From the IMG/VR virus record IMGVR_UViG_3300027983_000019, positions 1-58,109 of that record: a DNA stretch of 58,109 nt. One strand, 5' to 3'. Positions 1 through 10,156 of the stretch are shown in pieces; position 1 is the stretch's first letter; each line of letters opens with the position of its first letter. The notes under the pieces were generated by a model. The model was not told the origin of the DNA. It made no database searches and worked only from the letters and a program-made list of their open reading frames with translations. A program made the translations under genes and the position numbers. This DNA is from a virus (lineage: Duplodnaviria; Caudoviricetes).

Positions 1-294
1 TGGTTAATCGATAATTTTGGTGATTTGACACCGGTTGTTGATGGTGATAAAACATTTTATGTTGATGGTAATAAAAAAACAATTTTTTATTATTATCAGG
101 ATGAAGAAAATGGACTTTGTTACGTTAATAATGATGATATATGGTCAGTTTTGAAAACCCGTTTTGGGATTAACTATAATGAAATTCAGAAAGTTACAAC
201 CATGTGGTTGGATGAGGTATACGGATTAACAGGACTCACACCGCCAATGCGCGGCAACCAATATTCCAACCGTTGGATGAGGTATACGGAATAA
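1..294 (+). CDS. 5'-truncated copy of the array-associated small protein family (ends WLDEVYGLTGLTP plus a spacer-encoded tail)
   Basis: Bases 1-242 are nearly identical to 533-774; the true start lies before the window. Confidence 0.85.
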   Translation, partial: WLIDNFGDLTPVVDGDKTFYVDGNKKTIFYYYQDEENGLCYVNNDDIWSVLKTRFGINYNEIQKVTTMWLDEVYGLTGLTPPMRGNQYSNRWMRYTE

Positions 295-438
295 CGGGAC
301 ACACACCTGATTTGTCTTTTTTAACCTTTGGGTGACGTTGGATGAGGTATACGGATTAACAGGACTCAAACCATTAGGGAATTTATCTAAATCATAAATC
401 GTGTTGGATGAGGTATACGGATTAACGGGACTAGATAA
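207..438 (+). CRISPR. CRISPR-like mini-array: 4 x 36-bp repeats (GTTGGATGAGGTATACGGAWTAACRGGACTCACACC-like) with 29/29/30-bp unique spacers; no cas genes
   Basis: Repeats at 207-242, 272-307, 337-372, 403-438 (last has a divergent 3' end). The architecture is directly visible; CRISPR function is unproven. Confidence 0.6.
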
Positions 439-451
439 ACTATTTATAATT

Positions 452-799
452 ATGAACATTAGAAAAATAATAAAAGAGGAAATTGATAACTTCGATTGGA
501 TTGACCAATCGGGTATTGAAACCCCACTATCATGGTTAATCGATAATTTTGGTGATTTGACACCGGTTGTTGATGGTGATAAAACATTTTATGTTGATGG
601 TAATAAAAAAACAATTTTTTATTATTATCAGGATGAAGAAAATGGACTTTGTTACGTTAGTAACGATGATATATGGTCAGTTTTGAAAACCCGTTTTGGG
701 ATTAACTATAATGAAATTCAGAAAGTTACAACCATGTGGTTGGATGAGGTATACGGAATAACGGGACTCACACCATTAAAAATTTATTCGTTGAAATGA
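452..799 (+). CDS. Array-associated small protein (MNIRKIIKEEIDNFDW...WLDEVYGITGLTP-LKIYSLK)
   Basis: ATG at 452 follows a TATTTATA motif; paralogous to five other copies. Confidence 0.9.
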   Translation: MNIRKIIKEEIDNFDWIDQSGIETPLSWLIDNFGDLTPVVDGDKTFYVDGNKKTIFYYYQDEENGLCYVSNDDIWSVLKTRFGINYNEIQKVTTMWLDEVYGITGLTPLKIYSLK

Positions 800-840
800 T
801 TGCTGTTGGATGAGGTATACGGAATAACGGGACTAACACC
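739..840 (+). CRISPR. CRISPR-like mini-array: 2 x 36-bp repeats, one 30-bp spacer
   Basis: Repeats 739-774 (inside the CDS) and 805-840. Confidence 0.6.
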
Positions 841-1022
841 CTTTATTAGAACAATCTACTATTGAATTGTGGTATGGAATTTGAATATGGTTGTGAAAAT
901 CGGGTATTAAACGATGAAGTTATTCAGATGATTAAATCTAATGGGTTTGAGGTCCCATTCACTGATGAAGAAGAAGAAATTCAAAACAGTTTCATTATTA
1001 ATAACTTTTAGTGTAAAATTTG

Positions 1023-1053
1023 TTGACCAATTTAAAAAATATCACTATGTTTG
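1023..1053 (+). promoter_or_regulatory. Bacteroidota-type primary sigma promoter (TTG...TATGTTTG)
   Basis: Matches the -33 TTG and -7 TAnnTTTG consensus, upstream of the ORF at 1080. Confidence 0.6.
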
Positions 1054-1079
1054 TGGTATAATCAATAAAAATACATAAA

Positions 1080-1358
1080 ATGAAGGTTGAAAAGAAAAAA
1101 GTAAAATTCTTAAATAGGTTAGAGAAAGCTCAACATGGTGATGTACTTGATGTTATCCACTTTAAAAGAAAACATTTTAAAAAAGAAGTTGCTAATCCTA
1201 ACATTGGTTTTGGATTTGATGATATGAGAGATGGGCCAAAATGTTTTTATAGATGGTTAATCTGTGAAAATTACGACATTAAAACAAAACCAACATTTGA
1301 ACCTAATGGTGATTTTGGTATTATCATTACGATGACCAAACCACATACAACACAATAA
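1080..1358 (+). CDS. Hypothetical protein
   Basis: 92-aa ORF after a promoter, followed by a hairpin and T-run at about 1415-1441. Confidence 0.7.
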   Translation: MKVEKKKVKFLNRLEKAQHGDVLDVIHFKRKHFKKEVANPNIGFGFDDMRDGPKCFYRWLICENYDIKTKPTFEPNGDFGIIITMTKPHTTQ

Positions 1359-1459
1359 TCATAGTTGTTTCTTTGTTTAGGAAAAACAAAGTGGTGGAGG
1401 CCATTATGGCCCCAACCCCTCCCTAGTGAGGGGTTTTTTTTCAAACATAATTTATTAAA

Positions 1460-3472
1460 ATGAAAGTAGAAGACTTTTTAACTGACCCAAAAACCGTTGA
1501 GTTGGTATTATCATCTATTAATAAAAAAGTAACACTCCCTAATAGTGGGTTTCTTGCTGGTGGTTCTGTCGCTAACATGTTGTTATCACTATATCATAGT
1601 GGGACACCTTCTATGTTTAAAATTAATGATGTTGATATATTCATACCACAAGACCAATTAACCACAGATGAGTTAGAAGGGGAAGATATGTTACGATGTG
1701 ATGTGACATTTAATCTTGAACTTCATCAGGATGGTGATGAAGATTATGGTCAGATTTATGTAGAGAATGACGGCACATACTATAGGGTTATATCAAGTAA
1801 GAGAGATGGTCTGATTAATAATGTAAAATGTGTTATTGAACATGGTCAAACAGGTGGGACACATAGATACACACCCAATGGTGATGAAGGACAATTAATG
1901 ATACCAGTAACAAAACGTGATGCGGTAATACCGAATAATGACCCCGATAATGAAATTATATTAAGGGGTTTTGATTTAAATTGTTGTCAAGTTGGTGTTG
2001 ACCTTAAAAATAACCAAATATATTACACAAAGGATTTTGTTAATTTTTTAAAATCTAAACAAGTTTTAGTTAACATACCACACACACCATTTCATACAGC
2101 ATTAAGATTAATTAAAAAAATGAAAATGTATGGTGACTTTTGTTATTGTGATGTTGATTATGAAATCAAATATTTATATCACGCTGAAGGTTTAGATGGT
2201 TCTTGTCAGTTTTTTGGTAAAGAAAATTATGATAAGTTTATTGAAAACAAAGATGCATTAAAAAAATATCTTGAAGTAAGTGAGGTTAAGATAGAAAACA
2301 TGCCACACGAATATAGAAAAAAATACTTTCCTAAGTCATATGTATCACCTACTATGTCCTTTTTACAACCACGGGATAACTATATAAAAACTGAGATGAT
2401 TGAAGGTAGGGAGTTATGGAGATACACTTTTATTAATAACGATGATTTTATTGATGATGTGTGTGATAACTTGTGGGAATTAAAAAGAATATGGGAACTT
2501 AAACATAGAAACCTTAAAAAGACACAAGTAAGAAAAATTAATACAATCATGAATTATGGGAATCATAACTTACTTAAAACCCAAAAATATATCAGTGGTG
2601 ATTCTGATATAACCTATTTAATAATGTGTCTAATGACCATTGATGATTATTATAATTGTGATTTTACCGTTGGTCATCTTAAAGAAATAGATAGATTTAT
2701 TAAAGAACACGGTGGATTAAAAGGGTTAATCTCTAAATGTAAAACTGTACAAGAACAATATAACAATGTTAAGATGATTAAGAGGTTATCTAAATTGGAA
2801 GGTGATTGGGTTATCGGTGTATTGGAGACCCTTGGTGTTAGTAAAATGACCAACAACACCATTATTAACAAAGAGTGGATTGATAGTCTCGTAAAGGAGG
2901 AAAAAAATAGAATGTTAACACCATTGGTTAAAGCACTTAATTTAGATAACTTTAAATATAAAAAAAATATTACAGAATTGGTCATACCATTAGAATTAAG
3001 GTTGGAAGGTGAAAAAATGGGACATTGTGTTGGTGGTTATTCACACAATATAATAGATGGTAATTCAAGAATATTTAATATTAATATTGGTGGTGTTCAG
3101 TCAACACTCGAAATTAGTTTAACTAAACAGAACAACGACCCATGGTCTATCTCAGATGGGAAACCAAATGGTGAAAAATACTTTAAAATTAAACAACATA
3201 GTGGTAGATATCCAGAGAAAAAAGGTAATCACACACCCACAAACAAATGTAGGGGTGTGGCCTTTAAATTAGTCTATTACTTATCTAAACAAGAAATGTC
3301 TTGTGATGAATATCGTGATATGTTCACAAATAAACCATATAAACAATATTATGAAACAAATAGTGTGTTAGTTAAAAATAGTTGGTGGGAGATTGTAAAT
3401 GACAACCACAAACGTAAAAACAACCCAAATAAGAAAAAAAAGAATAACTATGGTGGGTGGATGTTAGGTTAA
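1460..3472 (+). CDS. Nucleotidyltransferase-like N-terminal domain fused to a PcfJ-like C-terminal domain
   Basis: FLAGGSV...NDVDIF and FDLNCCQVG motifs (pol-beta superfamily NTase); LRLEGEKMGHCVGGY motif (PcfJ-like). Confidence 0.6.
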   Translation: MKVEDFLTDPKTVELVLSSINKKVTLPNSGFLAGGSVANMLLSLYHSGTPSMFKINDVDIFIPQDQLTTDELEGEDMLRCDVTFNLELHQDGDEDYGQIYVENDGTYYRVISSKRDGLINNVKCVIEHGQTGGTHRYTPNGDEGQLMIPVTKRDAVIPNNDPDNEIILRGFDLNCCQVGVDLKNNQIYYTKDFVNFLKSKQVLVNIPHTPFHTALRLIKKMKMYGDFCYCDVDYEIKYLYHAEGLDGSCQFFGKENYDKFIENKDALKKYLEVSEVKIENMPHEYRKKYFPKSYVSPTMSFLQPRDNYIKTEMIEGRELWRYTFINNDDFIDDVCDNLWELKRIWELKHRNLKKTQVRKINTIMNYGNHNLLKTQKYISGDSDITYLIMCLMTIDDYYNCDFTVGHLKEIDRFIKEHGGLKGLISKCKTVQEQYNNVKMIKRLSKLEGDWVIGVLETLGVSKMTNNTIINKEWIDSLVKEEKNRMLTPLVKALNLDNFKYKKNITELVIPLELRLEGEKMGHCVGGYSHNIIDGNSRIFNINIGGVQSTLEISLTKQNNDPWSISDGKPNGEKYFKIKQHSGRYPEKKGNHTPTNKCRGVAFKLVYYLSKQEMSCDEYRDMFTNKPYKQYYETNSVLVKNSWWEIVNDNHKRKNNPNKKKKNNYGGWMLG

Positions 3473-3687
3473 ATAACCTCCACCCCATCCTCAACACAAA
3501 CTTGTAGTTTTCCATTTTCTAAAATGACTTCAACAATGGGAACACCATCGGGGTATTGTTTAATTAACCTAGGGTCTTGTATGTGTTTAGTTGGTATTTT
3601 ATATGTGTCACTAACCCTACCCTTTAACGGTGGGTTATAACCTTTAATTAATACATTATCGTTTCTTTTCATTTTTTTTAATATCAA
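3469..3687 (-). CDS. Hypothetical protein
   Basis: 72-aa ORF coupled to the upstream minus-strand ORF. Confidence 0.6.
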   Translation of the reverse strand: MILKKMKRNDNVLIKGYNPPLKGRVSDTYKIPTKHIQDPRLIKQYPDGVPIVEVILENGKLQVCVEDGVEVI

Positions 3688-4234
3688 AATATATGTTAGA
3701 CATCCTTAGGTCAGTATTTGAACCACCAAATGGTATTGGTTCGTTATCATAGTAAACTTCGGATATTAATGAATTTATAATAACTTCATTATTTTCATTG
3801 TGAACCTCTTTACGGATAAACTTTAATTTACGAATATTGAAATAACCATCAATCATAAATAAGATGTCAGATATTAAACCTGAATGTTCTTGTATTGTTG
3901 TCATAACGATATCAGTGGTGTCTGGGTAAACATAACCGGTATCTTCTAATACACAAGCACCCCCATCATCAAAACACATGGATTCTAAAACAGTTATAGG
4001 TAAATCCATGACCACTTCATCGTTAACCGTTATTAATATATCACCACTTGTAATCCCATAATCCTGTTGTAAATCTATTCTTTTCCATTTCTTCCCTAAG
4101 TATTTATATAGTCCTTTAACCCATATATCATCTAATGTGTTTGACTGTTCTATTTTCTCATATTCTTCATTTGTTATTAGGCCTCTCGATACTTCGCACC
4201 CGTAACCCGATAAGATTATTCTTACAATGTCCAT
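3656..4234 (-). CDS. Hypothetical protein
   Basis: 192-aa ORF. Confidence 0.75.
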   Translation of the reverse strand: MDIVRIILSGYGCEVSRGLITNEEYEKIEQSNTLDDIWVKGLYKYLGKKWKRIDLQQDYGITSGDILITVNDEVVMDLPITVLESMCFDDGGACVLEDTGYVYPDTTDIVMTTIQEHSGLISDILFMIDGYFNIRKLKFIRKEVHNENNEVIINSLISEVYYDNEPIPFGGSNTDLRMSNIYFDIKKNEKKR

Positions 4235-4407
4235 TACTAAAATTGTTTAGATTGTTTTTATTCCCCCAATTTTGGAGGTTAATAAACGATGATATTTTTA
4301 CATTAAGTGTTTTCATAATAATATGTGTCACTTTTTATTATAAATATTTGGCCACTTCCAATTCTTTTGTTATATTTAAAAAAATATTCACACTAAAAAG
4401 ACACATT

Positions 4408-5358
4408 ATGTTCAGAAACATTAAATTTACACACTTATTCCTAGCTTTAATGGTTATTTTTACTTCATGTAAAAAAGAAGAATTAGAGAAACCAAATAAC
4501 ACAAATATCAATACGAGTGGTAACTACACACCCGAAGGTGTAACGTGGGTGGTTTCACAAGCTATTGTTTATGTTGAAAATTTAGACAATGGAGCTAAAT
4601 CTGTTTATGACCATTTCGGACCAAATAAATTTAAATCATGTTTGGCAATATATGGGGAATCTAATGTTAAAATGGATTCAATAAAACAAAACCTTACCAC
4701 ATGGTTCTTTAGTAACAATAAGTTTACATTAAATGGTACTGAACAATTTAATTATACAAACTACGATGATAGAGTACTATCACCTATTGGTCTACATGGT
4801 GGGACAGCTAGACCAATCGAAATGATTAATGTTAATAGTGTTTCAATGACTGTTAAGGTACATGAAGCATATGGTAATGATGGTGTGAATAATTTTAAAT
4901 TTTGGACAATATTAACATTTATTAAATCAGGTGAAACGTGTAGTGACTGTGGACCTAACCATCAATATGGGTACACATATAGTGGAACATGGAATACACC
5001 ATTACAACCAACAACAGAGACAATGGCAGGAACAAGATGGGTTGTTACTAAGTTTAGAATTGGGTTCAGTATTGTTGAACCGAATGATACCTTAGACTTC
5101 ATCAGTAATACAAAATACACAATATCATTTGGTAATGGATTCAGTTCACCAACCGAAAGAAATTATAATCTAGCTGGTGTGATAGGTAATCCGAACAAAT
5201 CATTAACCCTATACCAATTCGCAACGGTTGGTACTGGTAATTATAGTGGACAAATAGGGTCAACATCTATAACTGATGGTATGATAAATGAAGCACTATT
5301 TAACGAAACATTTAATACAGGTGGTGATGTCTACATTACAATGGTAAAATTACCATAA
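4408..5358 (+). CDS. Putative lipoprotein
   Basis: Probable start at 4408; signal peptide and lipobox FLALMVIFTS-C followed by KKEE, typical of Bacteroidota lipoproteins. Confidence 0.75.
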   Translation: MFRNIKFTHLFLALMVIFTSCKKEELEKPNNTNINTSGNYTPEGVTWVVSQAIVYVENLDNGAKSVYDHFGPNKFKSCLAIYGESNVKMDSIKQNLTTWFFSNNKFTLNGTEQFNYTNYDDRVLSPIGLHGGTARPIEMINVNSVSMTVKVHEAYGNDGVNNFKFWTILTFIKSGETCSDCGPNHQYGYTYSGTWNTPLQPTTETMAGTRWVVTKFRIGFSIVEPNDTLDFISNTKYTISFGNGFSSPTERNYNLAGVIGNPNKSLTLYQFATVGTGNYSGQIGSTSITDGMINEALFNETFNTGGDVYITMVKLP

Positions 5359-5359
5359 T

Positions 5360-5392
5360 AAAAAAGGGGGGTCTTTATTGACCCCTTTTTTT
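5360..5392. terminator. Bidirectional intrinsic terminator
   Basis: A-run/GGGGGGTC...GACCCC/T-run between convergent genes. Confidence 0.75.
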
Positions 5393-6020
5393 ACTTAGTT
5401 TTAATACCTTTTTTATTTAAGATACTATCAACAACTGATTTAAGTGTGTATGAACCAGCCGACATTGTTACACCAACAACTAATTTAGTGATACTTTCAA
5501 AGGTGGTACCATATGTGTTAATCAATTCTTTTATCACATCCATTGCTGGAACCAACATAAAAGTAAAACCTAAAACATCAGAAAGTGTGTAGATAGTCCT
5601 ACCCAATTTTTCACCAATGATAGACATTAGTTTTTTAATATTTAAAATGAATTTAGTTACGTTACTTAGTTCAAGGTCAAGATTTCCATCATTAACAGCC
5701 TTAGTTAATTTATCAACTTCCACACTTGAGTTGGTCATCATAATAGCTAATGACGTTATGATTAATAAAGCAACCTGTTCGTTTGTCATATTTAATCCAT
5801 CACCATTCAATAAATCAGTAACTGGTCCCATGAAGGCACCGATACCAGTACCAAATTGGAATATGAAGCCCGAACTAATACCCAAGTCCTTTAACACCTT
5901 CTTAAAAACACTATCATCCTTGGGTGTGCTTTCCTCTTTCAATATATTTTCGTATATTTTATTAACTTGACTGGTTATATAAACTTGTTCAGTTATAAGA
6001 TTTAATTTTAATTTATCCAT
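5391..6020 (-). CDS. Predicted membrane protein with N-terminal LITE/ILKEE motifs
   Basis: 209 aa with several hydrophobic segments; TATTTATA upstream. Confidence 0.75.
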   Translation of the reverse strand: MDKLKLNLITEQVYITSQVNKIYENILKEESTPKDDSVFKKVLKDLGISSGFIFQFGTGIGAFMGPVTDLLNGDGLNMTNEQVALLIITSLAIMMTNSSVEVDKLTKAVNDGNLDLELSNVTKFILNIKKLMSIIGEKLGRTIYTLSDVLGFTFMLVPAMDVIKELINTYGTTFESITKLVVGVTMSAGSYTLKSVVDSILNKKGIKTK

Positions 6021-6044
6021 AATTATAAATATTAAGTAAACAAC

Positions 6045-6254
6045 ATGAATTGTATATTATTAATTATTGTATTAATATTAACATACCCCATAAGTCACTA
6101 TTTTATGAAAAAAGGTATGTATTTGGATTTAACTATGCCAACAAATAAAAAAAGATATAAAATATTGGGTAAATTATTCATAATCCCAATCATTAATTTG
6201 ATTGTTATGTTTATTTACATATGTTACACAATACACAAATTTAAAAGGATATGA
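6045..6254 (+). CDS. Small membrane protein
   Basis: Two hydrophobic stretches. Confidence 0.6.
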   Translation: MNCILLIIVLILTYPISHYFMKKGMYLDLTMPTNKKRYKILGKLFIIPIINLIVMFIYICYTIHKFKRI

Positions 6255-6487
6255 GGGAGAAACAATCAAAAAAACAAAGTATCATTGAATCCGTCACTAA
6301 TACCCTATTTGGGACAATTTTTAATTTTTTGGTGTCATTGGTTGTCTACCCATTAGTTGGTATTGATGTGACTATGAAAGACATTGGTGTGTTAACAGTT
6401 ATTTTCACATTTATAAGTGTTATAAAGAATTTTTTAGTTAGAAGGTTTTTTGAAACTGAAACGTGGAATAATTTTAGGAAAAAATGA
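6251..6487 (+). CDS. Small two-TM phage membrane protein
   Basis: KKQSIIESVTN...KNFLVRRFF pattern, two TM segments. Confidence 0.65.
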   Translation: MREKQSKKQSIIESVTNTLFGTIFNFLVSLVVYPLVGIDVTMKDIGVLTVIFTFISVIKNFLVRRFFETETWNNFRKK

Positions 6488-6510
6488 AAAAGTTAAGCAT
6501 ATTTATAAGC

Positions 6511-7062
6511 ATGAAGGGTATGATTAGAAAAATGTTAAGGGAAGATTTTGATTGGGTTACTAACGACACAGTTTCGTTTTTAGAAATAGGTGAACCATTA
6601 TCAACACAATCACCAAAAAACGCTTACCGATTACACATGACACATGGTGTTGGTGAGGAATATGGAACACATATCCCAAATTGGATTGATTTTAACACAG
6701 ATGATTTGGATAGGTTGACTAGATTTATCAAAATATTAAACTACTTAAACCTAAATCATGCTGATGGTTTAGATGGTTTAGTTGATTTATGGGTTAAGGG
6801 AGGCCAAACATGGGTTTTAAGTGATGATACAAATAAAGAAATTACATATGATAAAGAACTTGGTATGTGGTTTATTGACAACACTGAGTTTGATAAAGAT
6901 GAAATAACATACCAAATAGAAGAATGGTTACGTGAAGAGTTATTGGATTATGGTATAATAGATATCGATACATACCACCAAGAAGACGCAAGTGTTGAAG
7001 ATTGGAAAGTAACCTATTTTGATGAATTTGGTGTTGAACATGTGGTTAAAGTTAATTTATAA
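6511..7062 (+). CDS. Hypothetical protein with the shared N-terminal tag (MIRKMLREDFDW)
   Basis: ATG at 6511 just after TATTTATA; tag shared with other ORFs. Confidence 0.75.
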   Translation: MKGMIRKMLREDFDWVTNDTVSFLEIGEPLSTQSPKNAYRLHMTHGVGEEYGTHIPNWIDFNTDDLDRLTRFIKILNYLNLNHADGLDGLVDLWVKGGQTWVLSDDTNKEITYDKELGMWFIDNTEFDKDEITYQIEEWLREELLDYGIIDIDTYHQEDASVEDWKVTYFDEFGVEHVVKVNL

Positions 7063-7066
7063 AACA

Positions 7067-7717
7067 ATGGGTAAGACAATTATAATGGAAGGTCGATATG
7101 ATTCAGCAACTAATAAAGTTGTTAAAGATATCATGAAAGTGATTAAAAAATCGAAGAACTACCCAACAGATGGGATGGTTCACATATCACTACCTCACGA
7201 TTTGGAGAATACTGAAGAGTATGTGATGGAAAAGGCTAACATCGTATTCAGTGTTGAAGTTAATATCACTAGAGAGGAAAAAACACCCACATATGTGATT
7301 GAATCGTTTAGTATTCCTGACGAGGATATACTTGAATTTAATATATCAATCAACCCAAATAGTGAACCACAGATATACCCTGAATTAATGATAAAATTAC
7401 AGGAAGATGTGAGACATGAAATGGAACACCTATTACAGGGATTGGGTAGAGGTGACAGACCAGCACCAGAAAATAGACCTAAAGATGAATCAACATACAA
7501 CCACCACTCAAGTTTAGAAGAAGTACCAGCCATGGTACAAGGTTTTTATCGAAAAGCTAAAAAATTAAAAATACCATTAGATGATGTTATGAACCAAGAT
7601 TTGGAACATGAGGTTAAGAAAAACAACATATCTCAGATGGAAGCTGATAAATTACTTAACCTTTGGACACTATACGCTAAAAGAAGGTTACCAGCAGCTG
7701 TTTACAGAAACAAATAA
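7067..7717 (+). CDS. Putative zinc metallopeptidase-like protein
   Basis: VRHEMEHLLQ (HExxH) with downstream EEVPA; probable start at 7067. Confidence 0.6.
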   Translation: MGKTIIMEGRYDSATNKVVKDIMKVIKKSKNYPTDGMVHISLPHDLENTEEYVMEKANIVFSVEVNITREEKTPTYVIESFSIPDEDILEFNISINPNSEPQIYPELMIKLQEDVRHEMEHLLQGLGRGDRPAPENRPKDESTYNHHSSLEEVPAMVQGFYRKAKKLKIPLDDVMNQDLEHEVKKNNISQMEADKLLNLWTLYAKRRLPAAVYRNK

Positions 7718-7735
7718 AAAGCCTATATTTAACTC

Positions 7736-8002
7736 ATGGGATATTGGGTTAGGGTAAAGTATGATTATTGTAGTGACCCATCAGTGGAATACACACAATT
7801 AATTAACACAAACCATTACTATCGTGAAAACGTAGATGGAACAACTTTACACATCGATTCACTAAAATTAATTAACATATTACCGAATGGTCTTGAACAC
7901 GATTCAGTCTATAACCAAATTACTGAAGTTGAGTTCAATGAAATCTTACATAATACCATAGATAAACTAGGTATTAATATAATAAATCATAAATTTATAT
8001 AA
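7736..8002 (+). CDS. Hypothetical protein
   Basis: 88-aa ORF. Confidence 0.6.
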   Translation: MGYWVRVKYDYCSDPSVEYTQLINTNHYYRENVDGTTLHIDSLKLINILPNGLEHDSVYNQITEVEFNEILHNTIDKLGINIINHKFI

Positions 8003-8003
8003 A

Positions 8004-8249
8004 ATGGCAAAAAGTAAAAAAAGAGATGGTCACGCTAACCGAATTAAAATTAGAGCGGAAAAAAACAAATCAAAACAAAATTCATTTACCAAGGAATTTA
8101 AGGAGAAGTTAGATAAAGGTGTAGCTGAAGAATTAGCTAGACAAGCTCGTGAACTTAAAGGTAGGGAAATTGATGGAACGGAACAAAGAAGTGTACTAGA
8201 TACACCTATGAGTAAATCACCTATCATAAACACATCACCAAATCGTTAG
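8004..8249 (+). CDS. Hypothetical basic protein
   Basis: 81-aa ORF. Confidence 0.6.
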   Translation: MAKSKKRDGHANRIKIRAEKNKSKQNSFTKEFKEKLDKGVAEELARQARELKGREIDGTEQRSVLDTPMSKSPIINTSPNR

Positions 8250-8299
8250 GTAGTTAAAATATTTTATACATATTTACATAAATTAATAAAAAATACAAT

Positions 8300-9514
8300 A
8301 TGATAATAAATAGTTTAATAGACTTAGATATCTACAAAATTACGATGATGCAACTAGCATATTTTAAACATCGTAATGTTGAAGTTGAATACAACTTTAA
8401 GAACAGGTCAAAAGATGTGAACCTTTTGGAGTACGTTAACATGGATGATTTAGTTAAGGAATTAGAACACGTAACCACGTTAAAAATGTCTGGTCGTGAA
8501 ATTGATACACTTAAAGAAACTGGATTATTTAAAGAGGAATTCTTGGATTTTTTAAGTAATCTAACACTACCTATGGTTAATGTAACAAAATCAATTCCAT
8601 TCAATACCTACGACATTAATGTTAGTGGTAATTGGTGTGATGTTATTTTGTGGGAGACATTAATACTATCCATCATTAATGAGTTATACCATAAGTCACA
8701 AATTAAAGATACATACCATATGGAAAGTACATACAATGAAGGTATGGATAGACTATATAGTAAGATTGAAAAGTTAAGGGGTGGTAAATATCGGTTTACT
8801 GAGTTCGGAACTAGACGAAGGTTTAGTAGAGAATGGCAGGAAATGGTTGTTAAAACACTTAAAAGGGAACACGATAACACCTTTGGTGGAATTGGTTTCC
8901 AAGGGACATCCAACGTTTATTTAGCAATGAAATTACACATACCATGTGTTGGGACATTCGCTCATGAAATGCCAATGGTTTATTCAGGTATTTACAATGA
9001 TGACCTAATCAGTTCACATAGAAAAATGTTAGATGACTGGTATGATTTTTATGGTAAGAGACTATCAATAGCTCTTACCGACACATATGGTAGTAAATTC
9101 TTTTTCGAGGACTTTACAGCAGAACAGGCAAGAGATTGGGATGGTTTCAGACAAGATAGTGGTGACCCATTTGTTTTCGGTGAAGAAGCTGAGGCTTTTT
9201 ATATCAGTAAAATGGTCGACCCAACAAATAAAGTTGTGGTATTCTCCGATGGACTTAATGTTGATAAAATTATAAAATTGGGTAATACGTTCAGGGGTAG
9301 AATTCAAACATTATTCGGATGGGGTACGAACTTATCAAATGATGTTGGATATCACACCTTATCAATGGTAGTTAAAGCGACGAAAGCTAATGGTCACGGA
9401 ACTGTTAAGTTGAGTGATAATCTGAATAAAGCTATTGGTACACCTGAAAACATAAAAAGGTTTACAGAAACCTTCGGATACACAAATAAAAATAAAGAAG
9501 AATTAATAAATTAA
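8300..9514 (+). CDS. pncB: Nicotinate phosphoribosyltransferase
   Basis: DLDIYKITMMQ, EFGTRRRFS, GTSNV, GTFAHE, LTDTYG, RQDSGDP, FSDGL and VKLSD motifs. Confidence 0.92.
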   Translation: MIINSLIDLDIYKITMMQLAYFKHRNVEVEYNFKNRSKDVNLLEYVNMDDLVKELEHVTTLKMSGREIDTLKETGLFKEEFLDFLSNLTLPMVNVTKSIPFNTYDINVSGNWCDVILWETLILSIINELYHKSQIKDTYHMESTYNEGMDRLYSKIEKLRGGKYRFTEFGTRRRFSREWQEMVVKTLKREHDNTFGGIGFQGTSNVYLAMKLHIPCVGTFAHEMPMVYSGIYNDDLISSHRKMLDDWYDFYGKRLSIALTDTYGSKFFFEDFTAEQARDWDGFRQDSGDPFVFGEEAEAFYISKMVDPTNKVVVFSDGLNVDKIIKLGNTFRGRIQTLFGWGTNLSNDVGYHTLSMVVKATKANGHGTVKLSDNLNKAIGTPENIKRFTETFGYTNKNKEELIN

Positions 9515-9516
9515 AT

Positions 9517-10152
9517 ATGGAAGACACAGTAAAACAAGGGCCAGAAGTAATAAAAACAGAAGTAGTTTACGATGGTTATTTTAAAGTAAATAAATTAACG
9601 GTTAAGGATGGGGAAGTTGAGTACACAAGAGAGGTTTTCGAAAGGGGTCACAGTGTTGCTGGAATAGTCTTCAACACCATAACAGAAAAATATCTTTTCG
9701 TTAAGCAATTTAGAGCACCGACAGATGGTGACATGATTGAAATAGTTGCTGGTTCGTTAGATATCCCTGGTGAGGCACCAGCCGAAGCATTAAAACGTGA
9801 AATTGTTGAGGAAATGGGTTATAAGGTTGATTTAATTAACCACCTAAGAGACTTTTATTCAACACCAGGAGCTTGTTCTGAAGTTGTTTCATTATTCTAC
9901 GTTGAAGTTAGTGAGAAAATCGGAGACGGTGGTGGTGTTGACAATGAAAACATTGAGGTTGTTGAAGTTGATTACCTTGGTGCTACTGGTACACTCTTTT
10001 GGAACATGGATATTGAAAATGGGGGTAATATGATACCACCATACCAATTGATTGATGCTAAGTCTATTGTGGCTGTTAGTATGGTTGAAACAAGTAGAAT
10101 TTTGGGTGATATGTCTGATGTACTTACACAGGCTAAAATGAGAACAATGTAA
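9517..10152 (+). CDS. Nudix hydrolase, ADP-ribose pyrophosphatase-like
   Basis: Nudix box AGSLDIPGEAPAEALKREIVEEMG; KQFRAP and YSTPG motifs. Confidence 0.85.
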   Translation: MEDTVKQGPEVIKTEVVYDGYFKVNKLTVKDGEVEYTREVFERGHSVAGIVFNTITEKYLFVKQFRAPTDGDMIEIVAGSLDIPGEAPAEALKREIVEEMGYKVDLINHLRDFYSTPGACSEVVSLFYVEVSEKIGDGGGVDNENIEVVEVDYLGATGTLFWNMDIENGGNMIPPYQLIDAKSIVAVSMVETSRILGDMSDVLTQAKMRTM

Positions 10153-10156
10153 TATT

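Noticed and set aside
207-840. Diversity-generating retroelement explanation for the variable tails
   Set aside because: The spacers share no conserved non-adenine positions, and no reverse transcriptase or template repeat is present in the window.
4135-4407. Long N-terminal extension of the lipoprotein ORF
   Set aside because: It overlaps the opposite-strand gene, and the signal peptide begins at Met 4408.
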